The position numbers and the translations under genes were made by a program. From contig JBBTSM010000005.1 of assembly GCA_038064675.1 (NCBI GenBank), forward strand, positions 4,686 to 68,685: a stretch of DNA of 64,000 nucleotides, read 5' to 3'. The notes beneath the pieces were generated by a model. The model worked only from the letters and a program-made list of their open reading frames with translations. It did no database searches and was not told the origin of the DNA. Below, in pieces: positions 46,525 to 55,953 of this stretch (its first letter is position 1; every line of letters begins with the position of its first letter). The DNA comes from Patescibacteria group bacterium (GTDB lineage Bacteria; Patescibacteriota; Patescibacteriia; UBA9934).

Positions 46525-46642
46525 TTGGTCATTTAAACAACGAATTGCGTTGTCGCCACTCCGGTGCTCGCGCGCTGTACGTCTATGTGCAGCTTACTTC
46601 GCTCCTCGTGGCTCCTTGTACTTCGCCGTTTAAATGACCAAT
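46525..46642 (+). repeat. long hairpin element directly 3' of tRNA-Arg (possible divergent member of the structured repeat family)
   Basis: perfect 15-bp closing helix attggtcatttaaac/gtttaaatgaccaat enclosing ~88 nt; shares ttggtcattt with copies A/C. Confidence 0.4.
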
Positions 46643-46659
46643 GATATTTAGGGAGTCTA

Positions 46660-46679
46660 ATTGTTTCACGTGAAACAAT
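46660..46679. promoter_or_regulatory. 20-bp perfect palindrome ATTGTTTCACGTGAAACAAT (site 1 of 3)
   Basis: self-complementary; repeated at 47089-47108 and 47221-47240. Confidence 0.4.
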
Positions 46680-46840
46680 CGGAAAACGTTTTAAAAAATT
46701 GAATCGAAATTGATGGAAAACTGGCTAAGTTCGTCATATACAAGGAAGATTTCGAGGACCGACGAGGCGTACTTTATGTGTACGGTGAGGGGGCCTGGAG
46801 AAATCTGACGCAGTAGATGACGAACTTGGGCCGGTTTTCC

Positions 46841-46916
46841 GGGCTTGTAGCTCAGTTGGTAGAGCGCTGCATTCGCATTGCAGAGGCCAGCGGTTCGAAT
46901 CCGCTCAGGTCCACCA
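46841..46916 (+). tRNA. tRNA-Ala (CGC) with G3:U70
   Basis: GGGCTTGTAGCTCAGTTGGTAGAGCGCTGCATTCGCATTGCAGAGGCCAGCGGTTCGAATCCGCTCAGGTCCACCA. Confidence 0.85.
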
Positions 46917-47040
46917 CAAAACACTGTCATTTGGTCTATTTTCGGTTTGTTGCGTCGCACATTCGCCCAACGTACCGTGAAGTACGTTTCGCGAACTGTG
47001 TTCCTAGCACACCGAAACTGGCAGCAAATGACAGTGTTTT
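46917..47040 (+). repeat. structured repeat family copy C (immediately 3' of tRNA-Ala)
   Basis: perfect 17-bp closing helix caaaacactgtcatttg/caaatgacagtgttttg; core attttcgg...cgtaccgtgaagtacg...caccgaaact. Confidence 0.55.
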
Positions 47041-47088
47041 GTATTTTATCCGCTTTTACTAACGAAATTCATGGTTAAACAAGGCCCA

Positions 47089-47108
47089 ATTGTTTCATGT
47101 GAAACAAT
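47089..47108. promoter_or_regulatory. palindrome site 2 (ATTGTTTCATGTGAAACAAT, central mismatch) inside 32-bp extended palindrome 47083-47114
   Basis: ggcccaattgtttca-tg-tgaaacaattgggcc. Confidence 0.4.
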
Positions 47109-47220
47109 TGGGCCTTCTACACATTACTTTACGGGAAAACGTCGCAAAAATCGTTCCGAATCAAGCGACTTCGGCGCTGGAATAGGTGAAGAATCATTTG
47201 CCTTTTTTGTTGAAGTTATG

Positions 47221-47240
47221 GATGTTTCACGTGAAACAAT
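47221..47240. promoter_or_regulatory. palindrome site 3 (TGTTTCACGTGAAACA core)
   Basis: gatgtttcacgtgaaacaat. Confidence 0.4.
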
Positions 47241-47444
47241 TTGCAGGTGTCGGCTTGGGTGTTGATAAGCGACAATATCCGCGCCAGTATTTGTCTACAC
47301 CAGGCTACACGATAGATATAGTTTGTACTTATCACGTTTTATAAACAGGGTTATCCATCTTTTATCCACAGTTTACGAAAGTTAGCCATGTTTTTCGATG
47401 CTTGTTGACGCCTTTTTGTGTTCATCATCGTGTATCATTGTGTT

Positions 47445-48365
47445 ATGGGTATGTGGTTGAAAAAGGTTAGTTTGCTAATATTAGCGCTTTTCTTTGCGCT
47501 TCATTTGAATTTTGCCTCTGCGGCGATGACGTCGACGAACTATCAAATTCAATGGGACGAGCTTTCATCTGGCGGCGGTGACGCATCTTCATCTTCCTAT
47601 AATATTCGCGACAGCACGGCTGGTTCTGCAGCCGGAAGCAGAACAACCTCTTTAAGTTATGGGATCGATCAGGGTTTTCGGGCCGGTGTGTATGATCCGG
47701 TCGTCGACTTTGTTCCCTACGTGCAGGATCGGAGTACACAAGTTGCTGCGACAGCGTTCGCTTCAAATACAGTTACCGTGACGACAGCGGCGGGGTTCTC
47801 TGTAGGTGACTGGATCGTTATTATTCAAGACGAAGGAGCGTCTCAGGTTGCCGCAATGGGTCAGATTTCTGGAATTTCGGGCTCGGATATTACGATCCGT
47901 TCCTCATATTCTGGAAATACTCCCACCATTGATGGAACAAACGATCTTGTGTACCGGATGTCTCCTACAGCGTCGAATGCATTGGGAACACTTTCTTCAT
48001 CTGTTGTTACAACACAAATCGTTGGTTGGGTTGCCTCCGCGGACGTTTCGCAGGGATTTGGAGTATATGCTTTCGTTGATGGCCTTTTGCAGTCGGAATC
48101 AGCCACACTTGCTGGTGTTGTTGATGGTAGCGTTACGGCGGGTAACAGTGAATACGGCGCTCGGTCTTCAGACGCATCGCTCGCAACGTCCACATTTGAT
48201 ACGGAAGACACGGCGTTCTCAACGGAACCGGTACTTGTTGGCAGTACATCGATCTCGTCATTCAACAGCAGCGGCTTTCTTACGTTGAAAGCAGCAATAT
48301 CTGCAACGCAAAACGGTGGAAGCTACGCACAAACACTTACAACGATTTTTGTTGGAGATTACTAG
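47445..48365 (+). CDS. secreted protein with signal peptide, Ser/Thr/Gly-rich (cell-surface cluster gene 1)
   Basis: MGMWLKKVSLLILALFFALHLNFASAA signal; ORF opens 47418 with GTG. Confidence 0.55.
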   Translation: MGMWLKKVSLLILALFFALHLNFASAAMTSTNYQIQWDELSSGGGDASSSSYNIRDSTAGSAAGSRTTSLSYGIDQGFRAGVYDPVVDFVPYVQDRSTQVAATAFASNTVTVTTAAGFSVGDWIVIIQDEGASQVAAMGQISGISGSDITIRSSYSGNTPTIDGTNDLVYRMSPTASNALGTLSSSVVTTQIVGWVASADVSQGFGVYAFVDGLLQSESATLAGVVDGSVTAGNSEYGARSSDASLATSTFDTEDTAFSTEPVLVGSTSISSFNSSGFLTLKAAISATQNGGSYAQTLTTIFVGDY

Positions 48366-48423
48366 GATTCTTTTCGTGTAATGTATTGAAACATTCGATT
48401 CGTATTTCGAGTACACTACCTGT

Positions 48424-49266
48424 ATGGTTGGGAACATACACGGCTCTATTGTTCGATATGCGGCTGGCATTGCGCTCGCGCTGTTTGGCATTCCTTCGCT
48501 GTCTTTTGCTGCGTCGCTTCCTGCGACTCGTGATGTTGTTGTTGCTCCAGGATCAACGGTCGATGTTGAAATTCCGATAACAAATTCTGGACCTGCCGAC
48601 ATCGACTTTTCGTTACTGTTGTTGTCCGCATCGTTTCAGCCAGGAGTTGAACAGCCTCAGCTCGAACAACTTTCTCCTGCGTTTACTTCGTGGATTACAC
48701 TTTCTTCTTCATCTATTTTCGTTCCATCTGGCGCATCGCTTCCCGTAATGCTTGCGGTACATCCGCCGGAAAACGCCTTGTCTCAAACGGTCACTCTCGC
48801 TGTTGTTGCTGCTGAAAAACTTGATGGCGATATTTCGCTGATTCATGGCTCTGCGGCGCTGGTATTCGTGAGCGTTGGCGATGTATCGCCACAGGGTTCT
48901 TGTGAATCGTTCGTTCAAAGTCCTTCCGGCGAAGGGCGTGTCTCTCTATCGAACAGTGGGCGCGGTATACTGTATGACAATGGTGAGATTATTCTTCGCG
49001 GAATGTTTGGTATCCGCTTAGGGAGCACATCGAGTAATCCGCTATTTCATCGGGTTCCGCCAGGACAAACTCGGACGTGGCAGGTTTCTTTGCCAACGAT
49101 TCCGTGGTGGGCGATGGGTTCATTTTCGTACTCCTTGCGCGACGCGCAGCTTAGCGAACATCCCTGTGCCGATATTGATGCTGGCACGCGCTGGTTGCCG
49201 CTGTTTGGTATAGGAATCGCGGCGTTCGGTGTGGTGACGCTGTGTATTCGACGACGTATTTCATGA
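48424..49266 (+). CDS. secreted protein with C-terminal TM anchor (DUF916/chaperone-like topology)
   Basis: signal peptide AAGIALALFGIPSLSFAA; C-terminal WLPLFGIGIAAFGVVTLCIRRRIS; stop overlaps next start (ATGA). Confidence 0.55.
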   Translation: MVGNIHGSIVRYAAGIALALFGIPSLSFAASLPATRDVVVAPGSTVDVEIPITNSGPADIDFSLLLLSASFQPGVEQPQLEQLSPAFTSWITLSSSSIFVPSGASLPVMLAVHPPENALSQTVTLAVVAAEKLDGDISLIHGSAALVFVSVGDVSPQGSCESFVQSPSGEGRVSLSNSGRGILYDNGEIILRGMFGIRLGSTSSNPLFHRVPPGQTRTWQVSLPTIPWWAMGSFSYSLRDAQLSEHPCADIDAGTRWLPLFGIGIAAFGVVTLCIRRRIS

Positions 49267-51743
49267 GGAGAACATTGCAAAAACTTCTGTACACTGTCCT
49301 TGCTGCGTCGGCGATTTTTTTTCCGTTTGCGACGTTTGCTACTACGGTAACCGACGTTACAGATCAGGTCTCTTCGTCACAGATTTCTGTTGGGTCAAAT
49401 CATAAATTTATTCTTACGCTCGCCGATACGTTTTCTGAAGGCGAGACGATGCAATTTGTTTTTCCGACGGGGTTTATTCTATCGTCATTCACAGAAAACG
49501 ATATTGATATCACCGATGACGGCGTTGATTTGCTTACTGATGCCGATTGCAGTGGATCTGATCATGCGTCGATTGGAATTTCGGGCCAGACTGTTACGTT
49601 GACTATTTGTGCCGGAGATGGCGGAGCTGTTGCAAGTGGAAGCGTTGTGACTGTTGAAATGGGAACGAATGCGTCTTCTTCAGGATCCGGCATTCACCAG
49701 ATTACGAATCCGTCGTCTGCTGGTTCCTGGTTTGTAAATCTTACTGGGACGAGCGGAAATTCAGGTTCAGTTATTCTCGCAACGTCAACGAATGGCGGTG
49801 CCGGCGTGAGCGCGACTGTTCCTTCGTCGGACACGCCACCCGAACCGCCAACAGACCCGGGGGGTGATCATTGTTCGTTAAGTCATGGTGATTCATGTAC
49901 GTCATCTGAGAATTCGTGCGGCATGACAAACTCTGGATCGATTTTTTGCGATGGAAGTTGTTCTGCCTCGGCGCCGGGCGACGACGAATGCCCAGAAACG
50001 TGCAGTGCAAGCGAGGGCGATTTTTGTTCTTCCTCGGCAAATTCGTGTGGTATGACGAATAGCGGGACTATTGCATGCGATGGAAGCTGTTTGGTTTCAA
50101 TACCAAGCGAAAGTGAATGTCCAGAAACGTGCAGCGCAAGCGAGGGTTCGAGCTGCACCTCGTCCGCAAACTCTTGTGGTATGACGAACAGTGGAACTAT
50201 CGGATGTAGCGGAGACTGTTCAGCAAACGCCCCTGATAACGATCTTTGTCCAACAACATCGTGTAGTGCCAGCGAAGGAAGTGGCTGTACGAGCTCTTCG
50301 AATTCGTGCGGCATGACGAATACTGGATCGATTGGGTGCAGCGGAAGCTGCTCGGCGAGCGCACCATCGGATTCTCTTTGTTCAGCAGACGGATCCTGCG
50401 TTCTTGATGAAGGCGATTCATGTACGAGCTCTTCGAATTCGTGCGACATGACGAATACCGGAACCGTGGCGTGCAGTGGCGAATGCTCTGCAACGGGCCC
50501 CTCCGACGATTTGTGTAGTTCCATAACGGGATCCTGTGTCGAGGATGAGGGGAATGTGTGCACGACCCTTGCAAACTCGTGCGGCATGACGAATGCGGGA
50601 ACTATTGCGTGTAGCGGTGAGTGTTCCGCTGAAACTCCTTTGGATACGTTGTGCGGTGCGGTACCGGTGTCTTCTGGATCGAACGGAAGTACCACGGCAC
50701 CCTCGAATCCAGGTTCCTCGCCGGAATCGCCCACCACGTCGTCGGGATCTTTTATTGAAATAGTTGCAAACATCTCTACAACTCTTGAAGATATTCGTAT
50801 CGTTCCTGAGGTTCAACGCGCAATCACTATCGCGATTCCTGTTGCGATTGTCGCTTCAATAATAACCGCGATTGGTCTTGCCACATCGTTTGGTCTTTTA
50901 TCCTATCTCCAATTCCTTTTTACCTCTCCATTTTTGTTCTTTGCTCGCAGGAAACGGAAAGCGTACGGAGTTGTGTATAACGCGATGACGAAGGTTTGTG
51001 TCGAACTTGTGACAGTACGGTTATACGACGCCACGTCGAATCGTTTAATGCGTTCAATGGTTACTGACGCACGGGGAAGATACTTTTTTATTGCAAATCC
51101 TGGTCAATATCGAATAGGTGTTGCGGCTCAGCATTTTGCTTTTCCAAGCACATACTTACAGAATGTGAAAGATGATGGTGTGTATCTTGATGTGTACACC
51201 GGGCAAACGATTGAGGTAACGGAAAAAGATGCAACCATTGCGGCGAATATTCCACTTGATCCGCTGGAATTATCGGTATCATTTACACAGAAGATCCTTG
51301 TGCGTCGACGATTCTTGCGACAATTTCAGCTTGTTCTCTCTATTTCTGGCGTTCTCTTGTCGATTCCGGTGTGGTTCCTAAAACCATCGTTGATGACTGC
51401 ACTTCTTGCAATAAGTCAGGGTATTGTATTCCTTCTTTTTTGGCGACTTGCACAACCACGTCGCCCACGCGGTTGGGGCATTGTTTTTGACTCATCAAAT
51501 CATCGGCCTGTGGGCAACGCCGTCGTGCGTCTCTTTGAACCGAAGTATAATAAACTCGTCGAAACAACGCTGACGGATAGTCTCGGTCGGTACAGTTTCT
51601 TTGTTGGCCCGAACGAATATTTTGTTCAAGCAAATAAAGAGGGTTTCGACGAGCATATTGTTCGTCCAATCGACTATCGGCAGAAAACAGAACCCGATGC
51701 CATCGCGATCGATGTTCCGTTGACGCCAACAACACCAGTATGA
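49263..51743 (+). CDS. membrane-anchored surface protein with six tandem 43-aa six-Cys repeats and two carboxypeptidase-regulatory-like domains
   Basis: signal MRRTLQKLLYTVLAASAIFFPFATFA; repeats CSASEGxxCxSSxNSCGMTNxGxIxCxGxCSAxxPxDxxCPxT; TM helices; VRLYDATSNRLMRSMVTDARGRYFF and VVRLFEPKYNKLVETTLTDSLGRYSFFV. Confidence 0.6.
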   Translation: MRRTLQKLLYTVLAASAIFFPFATFATTVTDVTDQVSSSQISVGSNHKFILTLADTFSEGETMQFVFPTGFILSSFTENDIDITDDGVDLLTDADCSGSDHASIGISGQTVTLTICAGDGGAVASGSVVTVEMGTNASSSGSGIHQITNPSSAGSWFVNLTGTSGNSGSVILATSTNGGAGVSATVPSSDTPPEPPTDPGGDHCSLSHGDSCTSSENSCGMTNSGSIFCDGSCSASAPGDDECPETCSASEGDFCSSSANSCGMTNSGTIACDGSCLVSIPSESECPETCSASEGSSCTSSANSCGMTNSGTIGCSGDCSANAPDNDLCPTTSCSASEGSGCTSSSNSCGMTNTGSIGCSGSCSASAPSDSLCSADGSCVLDEGDSCTSSSNSCDMTNTGTVACSGECSATGPSDDLCSSITGSCVEDEGNVCTTLANSCGMTNAGTIACSGECSAETPLDTLCGAVPVSSGSNGSTTAPSNPGSSPESPTTSSGSFIEIVANISTTLEDIRIVPEVQRAITIAIPVAIVASIITAIGLATSFGLLSYLQFLFTSPFLFFARRKRKAYGVVYNAMTKVCVELVTVRLYDATSNRLMRSMVTDARGRYFFIANPGQYRIGVAAQHFAFPSTYLQNVKDDGVYLDVYTGQTIEVTEKDATIAANIPLDPLELSVSFTQKILVRRRFLRQFQLVLSISGVLLSIPVWFLKPSLMTALLAISQGIVFLLFWRLAQPRRPRGWGIVFDSSNHRPVGNAVVRLFEPKYNKLVETTLTDSLGRYSFFVGPNEYFVQANKEGFDEHIVRPIDYRQKTEPDAIAIDVPLTPTTPV
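49872..50658 (+). repeat. in-frame tandem DNA repeat, 6 x ~129 bp, encoding Cys-rich modules
   Basis: repeat units directly visible in nucleotide and protein sequence. Confidence 0.85.
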
Positions 51744-54700
51744 GGAGGGAGGGTCGTTCGGTGAATTCCATCCGTTCACTCGCAAAGCGCTTCTTTGCGA
51801 GCTTTGTGTTTGCGTGCGTGTTGGTTGGAACCGGATATGCTGGACTAGTTCGCGTGCAGGCCGCGGCGACGCCACCGAGGATTGTCATGTACCAGGGGCG
51901 GCTATTGAATAGCAACGGCGTTCCGGTTTCTGATGCAACAGCAAGTATTTCATTTGCACTTTACGATGCGGCGAGCGCCGGAACATGTTTATGGTCGAAT
52001 AATTCTCCTACATGCGCATCGGTTGTTGCGCGAACGGTTACGCTTACGTCCGGTCTTTTTTCAGAGGCGCTTGGCGATACTGCCGCGGCTACTCCGTATT
52101 CTGCAATTGCTTCGACAGTTTTTTCAAATAATGCCTCCGTATATCTTGAAGTCATCGTGAATGGCGAGACACTTGTGCCACGAAAGGCAATGCTTTCTGC
52201 GCCATATGCGATGAATTCAGATTCAGTTGACGGATACGATACCTCGCTTGTTGGTGCAACATCTTCCGTGGTTCCAATCACGGACACTAACGGAAATCTT
52301 GTCATTACTGGTTCGCCGCAAGGAACCGGTGTGAGCCAGGCGTCGTTATATATCAATCCCGCTACTGGTGTTGTCGCGGCAAACGAAATCCTTCTTGGTG
52401 TTGCAGTAAGCGACGCCTCTCGATTCTCTATAGACGCTGAAGGTGACAGTGTACTTTTGGGTAATCTTGCCGTGAATGGTGGAGGAATCTCTTCGTCATC
52501 GGCACTCGCAATCACTTCCAGTGGTGGCGACATTAGCTTCGGTCCAAATGGAACCGGCTTGGTCTATGTTACTGCCGGGGACGACTTTGCCGTTGGGGGC
52601 ACGTCTCTTGTGTCCCCTTTTTCCATCGATGAAAGTGCAAATACACTCCGTATCGGTGATGGCACAAGTGACGCGAACGATCCAACTATTACATTTTACG
52701 CTTCAGATGCGACTGACAGTGGTTCGTTGAGCTATAGCGATAGTGATACATTTTCCTTTACTGGTGGAAACTTCTCGCATGTTGGTCTTGGAACCATGCC
52801 AACAGCTCCGTTGAGTGCTCGCGCAGACCACGATATTTTTTCAACATTTAGCGGAACTTCGCCTGACGGATACGTGCTGAATCAGCTGTACACCCTGCGT
52901 GCCAGAACGACGTACACAGGAATGAATGGATCGTCTTCGAGCAATCTTGTGGGGGGATCGTCGTCCTTTTTAACCATTGACGGCGAGACAACGACGCTTG
53001 CGGATGGAATTGGGTTTTTCTCTCAAGTAACAAACACCGCGTCTACCGCGTCCCTTCTTGATCTTGGCGGCTTTCTTGCGGGTATTGATTCTAGTGTTTT
53101 GCAATCCGGAGGACAGACAATCGCGACCGGTTACGGAATTTACGGTCATATTGGGAGTTCTGGGGGTACATTTACTAATGGCATTGCGGTGTATGGGGTG
53201 GTTACTTCTGGAGCAGGAAGTTTTACAACGGGTTACGGAGGTAAATTTGTGGATACAACGGAGGGAACGACTCGGTATGGTGTTTACGGTGACGCTTCCG
53301 GTGGAACAAACAATTATTCCGGATATTTTACGGGTGCGGCGCTGCAGGTTGATGATGACTCCACACCAGATGCTGCTGGATTCGCAACGGCGGCCGGCGA
53401 CATTTACGCCGTGGGAACCATTGAAGCAGATGGGAGTGCATACTTCGGTGACTCAACCGGAACCGACACGTTTACTTTTACATCCGCACAAACAACGGGA
53501 ACATCGATGACCGTTACATCTCCTGCTTTAACAACTGGAGTCGGAATGAAAATTGTAAGAGCCTCTGGCGGCGCTGATTACGATGGAAGTCTTTTACAGG
53601 TATTGCAACAAAACACTTCTGCAACGAGCGATGCTGTGGCGGTGAGTATTGTGAATTCGGCCGCAGGAAGTTCAACAGCAATGTGGATTTCCCAGGATTC
53701 AACTGGAGCTCATGTGCCAAATCAGATCGTACACGCAATCATCGGCATTGACACAAATGAAACTGGAAGTAGTGACGACGCAATTGTGTTCCGTTCGGAT
53801 GCAGACGGCACGCCGGATACAGAATTCCGTGTTACGACCGCTGGTGATGCATTCGTCGACGGTGCATTTACTGGCGCGGGTGCTGACTTTGCGGAATTTT
53901 TCCCCACGGCGGATACTGCGCTTGGGGACCAGGATATTGTGTGTTTGGACGGTGCTCTTGCAAAGAACGTAAAGCGTTGCGACGCCGGTGAGACAAATAT
54001 TGTTGGCGTCGTCTCGACGAATCCAGCATTTATTGGAAACAATATTGGCGATGGTACAGAGGATTATCGAGGAAACTCTCGTTATCGATTGGTTGGTTTA
54101 ATCGGACAGATCGATACAAAGGTAAGTACAGCAAACGGTCCAATTGCGGTTGGAGATCCTATTTCAACATCGTCATCACTTGCGGGATATGGATCGAAAG
54201 CGCATGGTCCGGTGCGTATTGTGGGTTTCGCTCTGCAGTCGCTTTCAAGTGGTACGGGCGTGATTCGCGTGTTGGTAAGTCCGCAATGGTATGGTGGAGA
54301 CGTGTTGACGGCGACGGGATCCGCAACGCAGGTTGCGGGAAGTCTGGCGATTGCTGCGACGACTGCCGCAACGGCAACAACGACCGTGGTCGATTCCGGA
54401 ACGCTTTCTCTTCGAGGCTCTGCATGGGCTGGAGGGTCGGCACAAATCATTGGGATGTCGTTGAAGACCGCGGTAAGCGCAGTGAATGATTATCGACTGT
54501 CTGTTGCGAATAGTATTGGTACAGAGGTTGCGTCAGTGAACCAGTCTGGAGACCTTGCTATTGCCGGTCGTCTCTATCCGTCTGATCGTGGCGCATCGCA
54601 GAAGAGTAAGTATATTTATTACGACGGATCGTCGGGATCTGGCGGAGACTTCATGCGTACAAATTCTGCGGGTTGGGCAACGGGTTCGTACGATTTTGCG

Positions 54701-55942
54701 GAAATGTTCCCATCGCCTGATGTGCTAATGCCAGGAGAAATTGTGGTCTTTGGTGATGCGAGCCAGCAAGTAAAACGTTCAACGGGCAAGGCCTATAGTC
54801 AAACCATTGCCGGAATCGTTTCAACGCGCCCAGGATTTTTGGCTGGTGAAAATCGCTCGGGCAACTATCCGATCGCTCTTGCTGGTCGTGTTCCAACATT
54901 GGTTTCTACCGAGAATGGCGCGATCAATATCGGCGATCCTCTTACGACGTCGACGCATCCTGGCTATGCCATGAAAGCAACAGAGGCCGGGCCCATTCTT
55001 GGATATGCCGCTGAATCGTTTTCTGGATCCATGGGCAGCGTTGTTGTGTATGTGAATGTTTCGTATTACAGCGGCGCGCCTGTAACCGAAGGCCCAGCAG
55101 CGGATAATTTTATTTCTCAGCTCACGCAGGATATCGAGAACTTTGATACCGCGGGAACGCTCAACTTTAACGGCGGACAGCTCCTCGCGATTGGATCGAT
55201 GACGAGTGCGAATGGAACATGGCGCTTGGAAAGCGATGGCGATCTTGTAACGTCTGGTCGGTTGGTTGAGCTTGTCCGTTCTGCGCAAGGAACCGATGTT
55301 GAAACATACGCCGCAACGTCGCGACAAATGACGGTGCAACTTTCCGGAACGGTGACGTTGGTGAACGGTCATGCCGATGTCCATTTTGTGGATGTTGACC
55401 CTTCATTTGTTGACGTTGTTGATACGAACCCGACCTATCGAGCATTGGTCACTCCATACGGAGCAACCGGCGCACTCTATGTGACGAATCGAACAGTTCA
55501 TGGATTCTCTATTACGGAATCTGGCGCGGCATCGAATGGAGTTTCTGTGGACTGGTTGGTGATTGCAACACGCCGTGATTACGCTCCAACGGCTATTCCA
55601 ACCATTCCTATTGTTTCATCGACTCCAACATCGGCCATCGATCTCAGTCCAGACTCCGATGCTGCGGTGTCTTCCGACGCGCTGGCACCATTGAGCGAAT
55701 CCGGATCGGAAACGAGCGATATTGTTTCGGTGGTTGATTCGATTGTTCCAGATACGACATCGGATGGAATTGTGGATGCAGCAATCGCTCCAGACGCGGG
55801 ATCTGATACTGTTGTTTCTGATGCGCCAGCCGTAGAAGCATCGACTCCTGCGGAAGCACCGAGTATCCCGGATGTGCTCGCTTCTGAGCCTTCGGCTCCA
55901 GCACCAAGCGCAGATTCCTCAGGCGGTGAGGTGTCCCCATAA
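51740..55942 (+). CDS. giant (1400 aa) Gly/Ser/Thr-rich surface/fibre-like protein with N-terminal membrane anchor
   Basis: ATG overlaps upstream stop (ATGA); N-terminal TM FFASFVFACVLVGTGYAGLV; low-complexity acidic C-terminus. Confidence 0.6.
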   Translation: MRREGRSVNSIRSLAKRFFASFVFACVLVGTGYAGLVRVQAAATPPRIVMYQGRLLNSNGVPVSDATASISFALYDAASAGTCLWSNNSPTCASVVARTVTLTSGLFSEALGDTAAATPYSAIASTVFSNNASVYLEVIVNGETLVPRKAMLSAPYAMNSDSVDGYDTSLVGATSSVVPITDTNGNLVITGSPQGTGVSQASLYINPATGVVAANEILLGVAVSDASRFSIDAEGDSVLLGNLAVNGGGISSSSALAITSSGGDISFGPNGTGLVYVTAGDDFAVGGTSLVSPFSIDESANTLRIGDGTSDANDPTITFYASDATDSGSLSYSDSDTFSFTGGNFSHVGLGTMPTAPLSARADHDIFSTFSGTSPDGYVLNQLYTLRARTTYTGMNGSSSSNLVGGSSSFLTIDGETTTLADGIGFFSQVTNTASTASLLDLGGFLAGIDSSVLQSGGQTIATGYGIYGHIGSSGGTFTNGIAVYGVVTSGAGSFTTGYGGKFVDTTEGTTRYGVYGDASGGTNNYSGYFTGAALQVDDDSTPDAAGFATAAGDIYAVGTIEADGSAYFGDSTGTDTFTFTSAQTTGTSMTVTSPALTTGVGMKIVRASGGADYDGSLLQVLQQNTSATSDAVAVSIVNSAAGSSTAMWISQDSTGAHVPNQIVHAIIGIDTNETGSSDDAIVFRSDADGTPDTEFRVTTAGDAFVDGAFTGAGADFAEFFPTADTALGDQDIVCLDGALAKNVKRCDAGETNIVGVVSTNPAFIGNNIGDGTEDYRGNSRYRLVGLIGQIDTKVSTANGPIAVGDPISTSSSLAGYGSKAHGPVRIVGFALQSLSSGTGVIRVLVSPQWYGGDVLTATGSATQVAGSLAIAATTAATATTTVVDSGTLSLRGSAWAGGSAQIIGMSLKTAVSAVNDYRLSVANSIGTEVASVNQSGDLAIAGRLYPSDRGASQKSKYIYYDGSSGSGGDFMRTNSAGWATGSYDFAEMFPSPDVLMPGEIVVFGDASQQVKRSTGKAYSQTIAGIVSTRPGFLAGENRSGNYPIALAGRVPTLVSTENGAINIGDPLTTSTHPGYAMKATEAGPILGYAAESFSGSMGSVVVYVNVSYYSGAPVTEGPAADNFISQLTQDIENFDTAGTLNFNGGQLLAIGSMTSANGTWRLESDGDLVTSGRLVELVRSAQGTDVETYAATSRQMTVQLSGTVTLVNGHADVHFVDVDPSFVDVVDTNPTYRALVTPYGATGALYVTNRTVHGFSITESGAASNGVSVDWLVIATRRDYAPTAIPTIPIVSSTPTSAIDLSPDSDAAVSSDALAPLSESGSETSDIVSVVDSIVPDTTSDGIVDAAIAPDAGSDTVVSDAPAVEASTPAEAPSIPDVLASEPSAPAPSADSSGGEVSP

Positions 55943-55953
55943 CATTCCTTCGT

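Noticed and set aside
46691-46960. 89-aa minus ORF and 64-aa plus ORF (47071-47265) in the tRNA/palindrome hub
   Set aside because: They overlap tRNA-Ala and the structured repeat, or are built from palindromes. No coding signal.
49872-50658. Tandem repeats as a CRISPR array
   Set aside because: Repeats are in-frame, contiguous without spacers, and encode a Cys-rich protein module.
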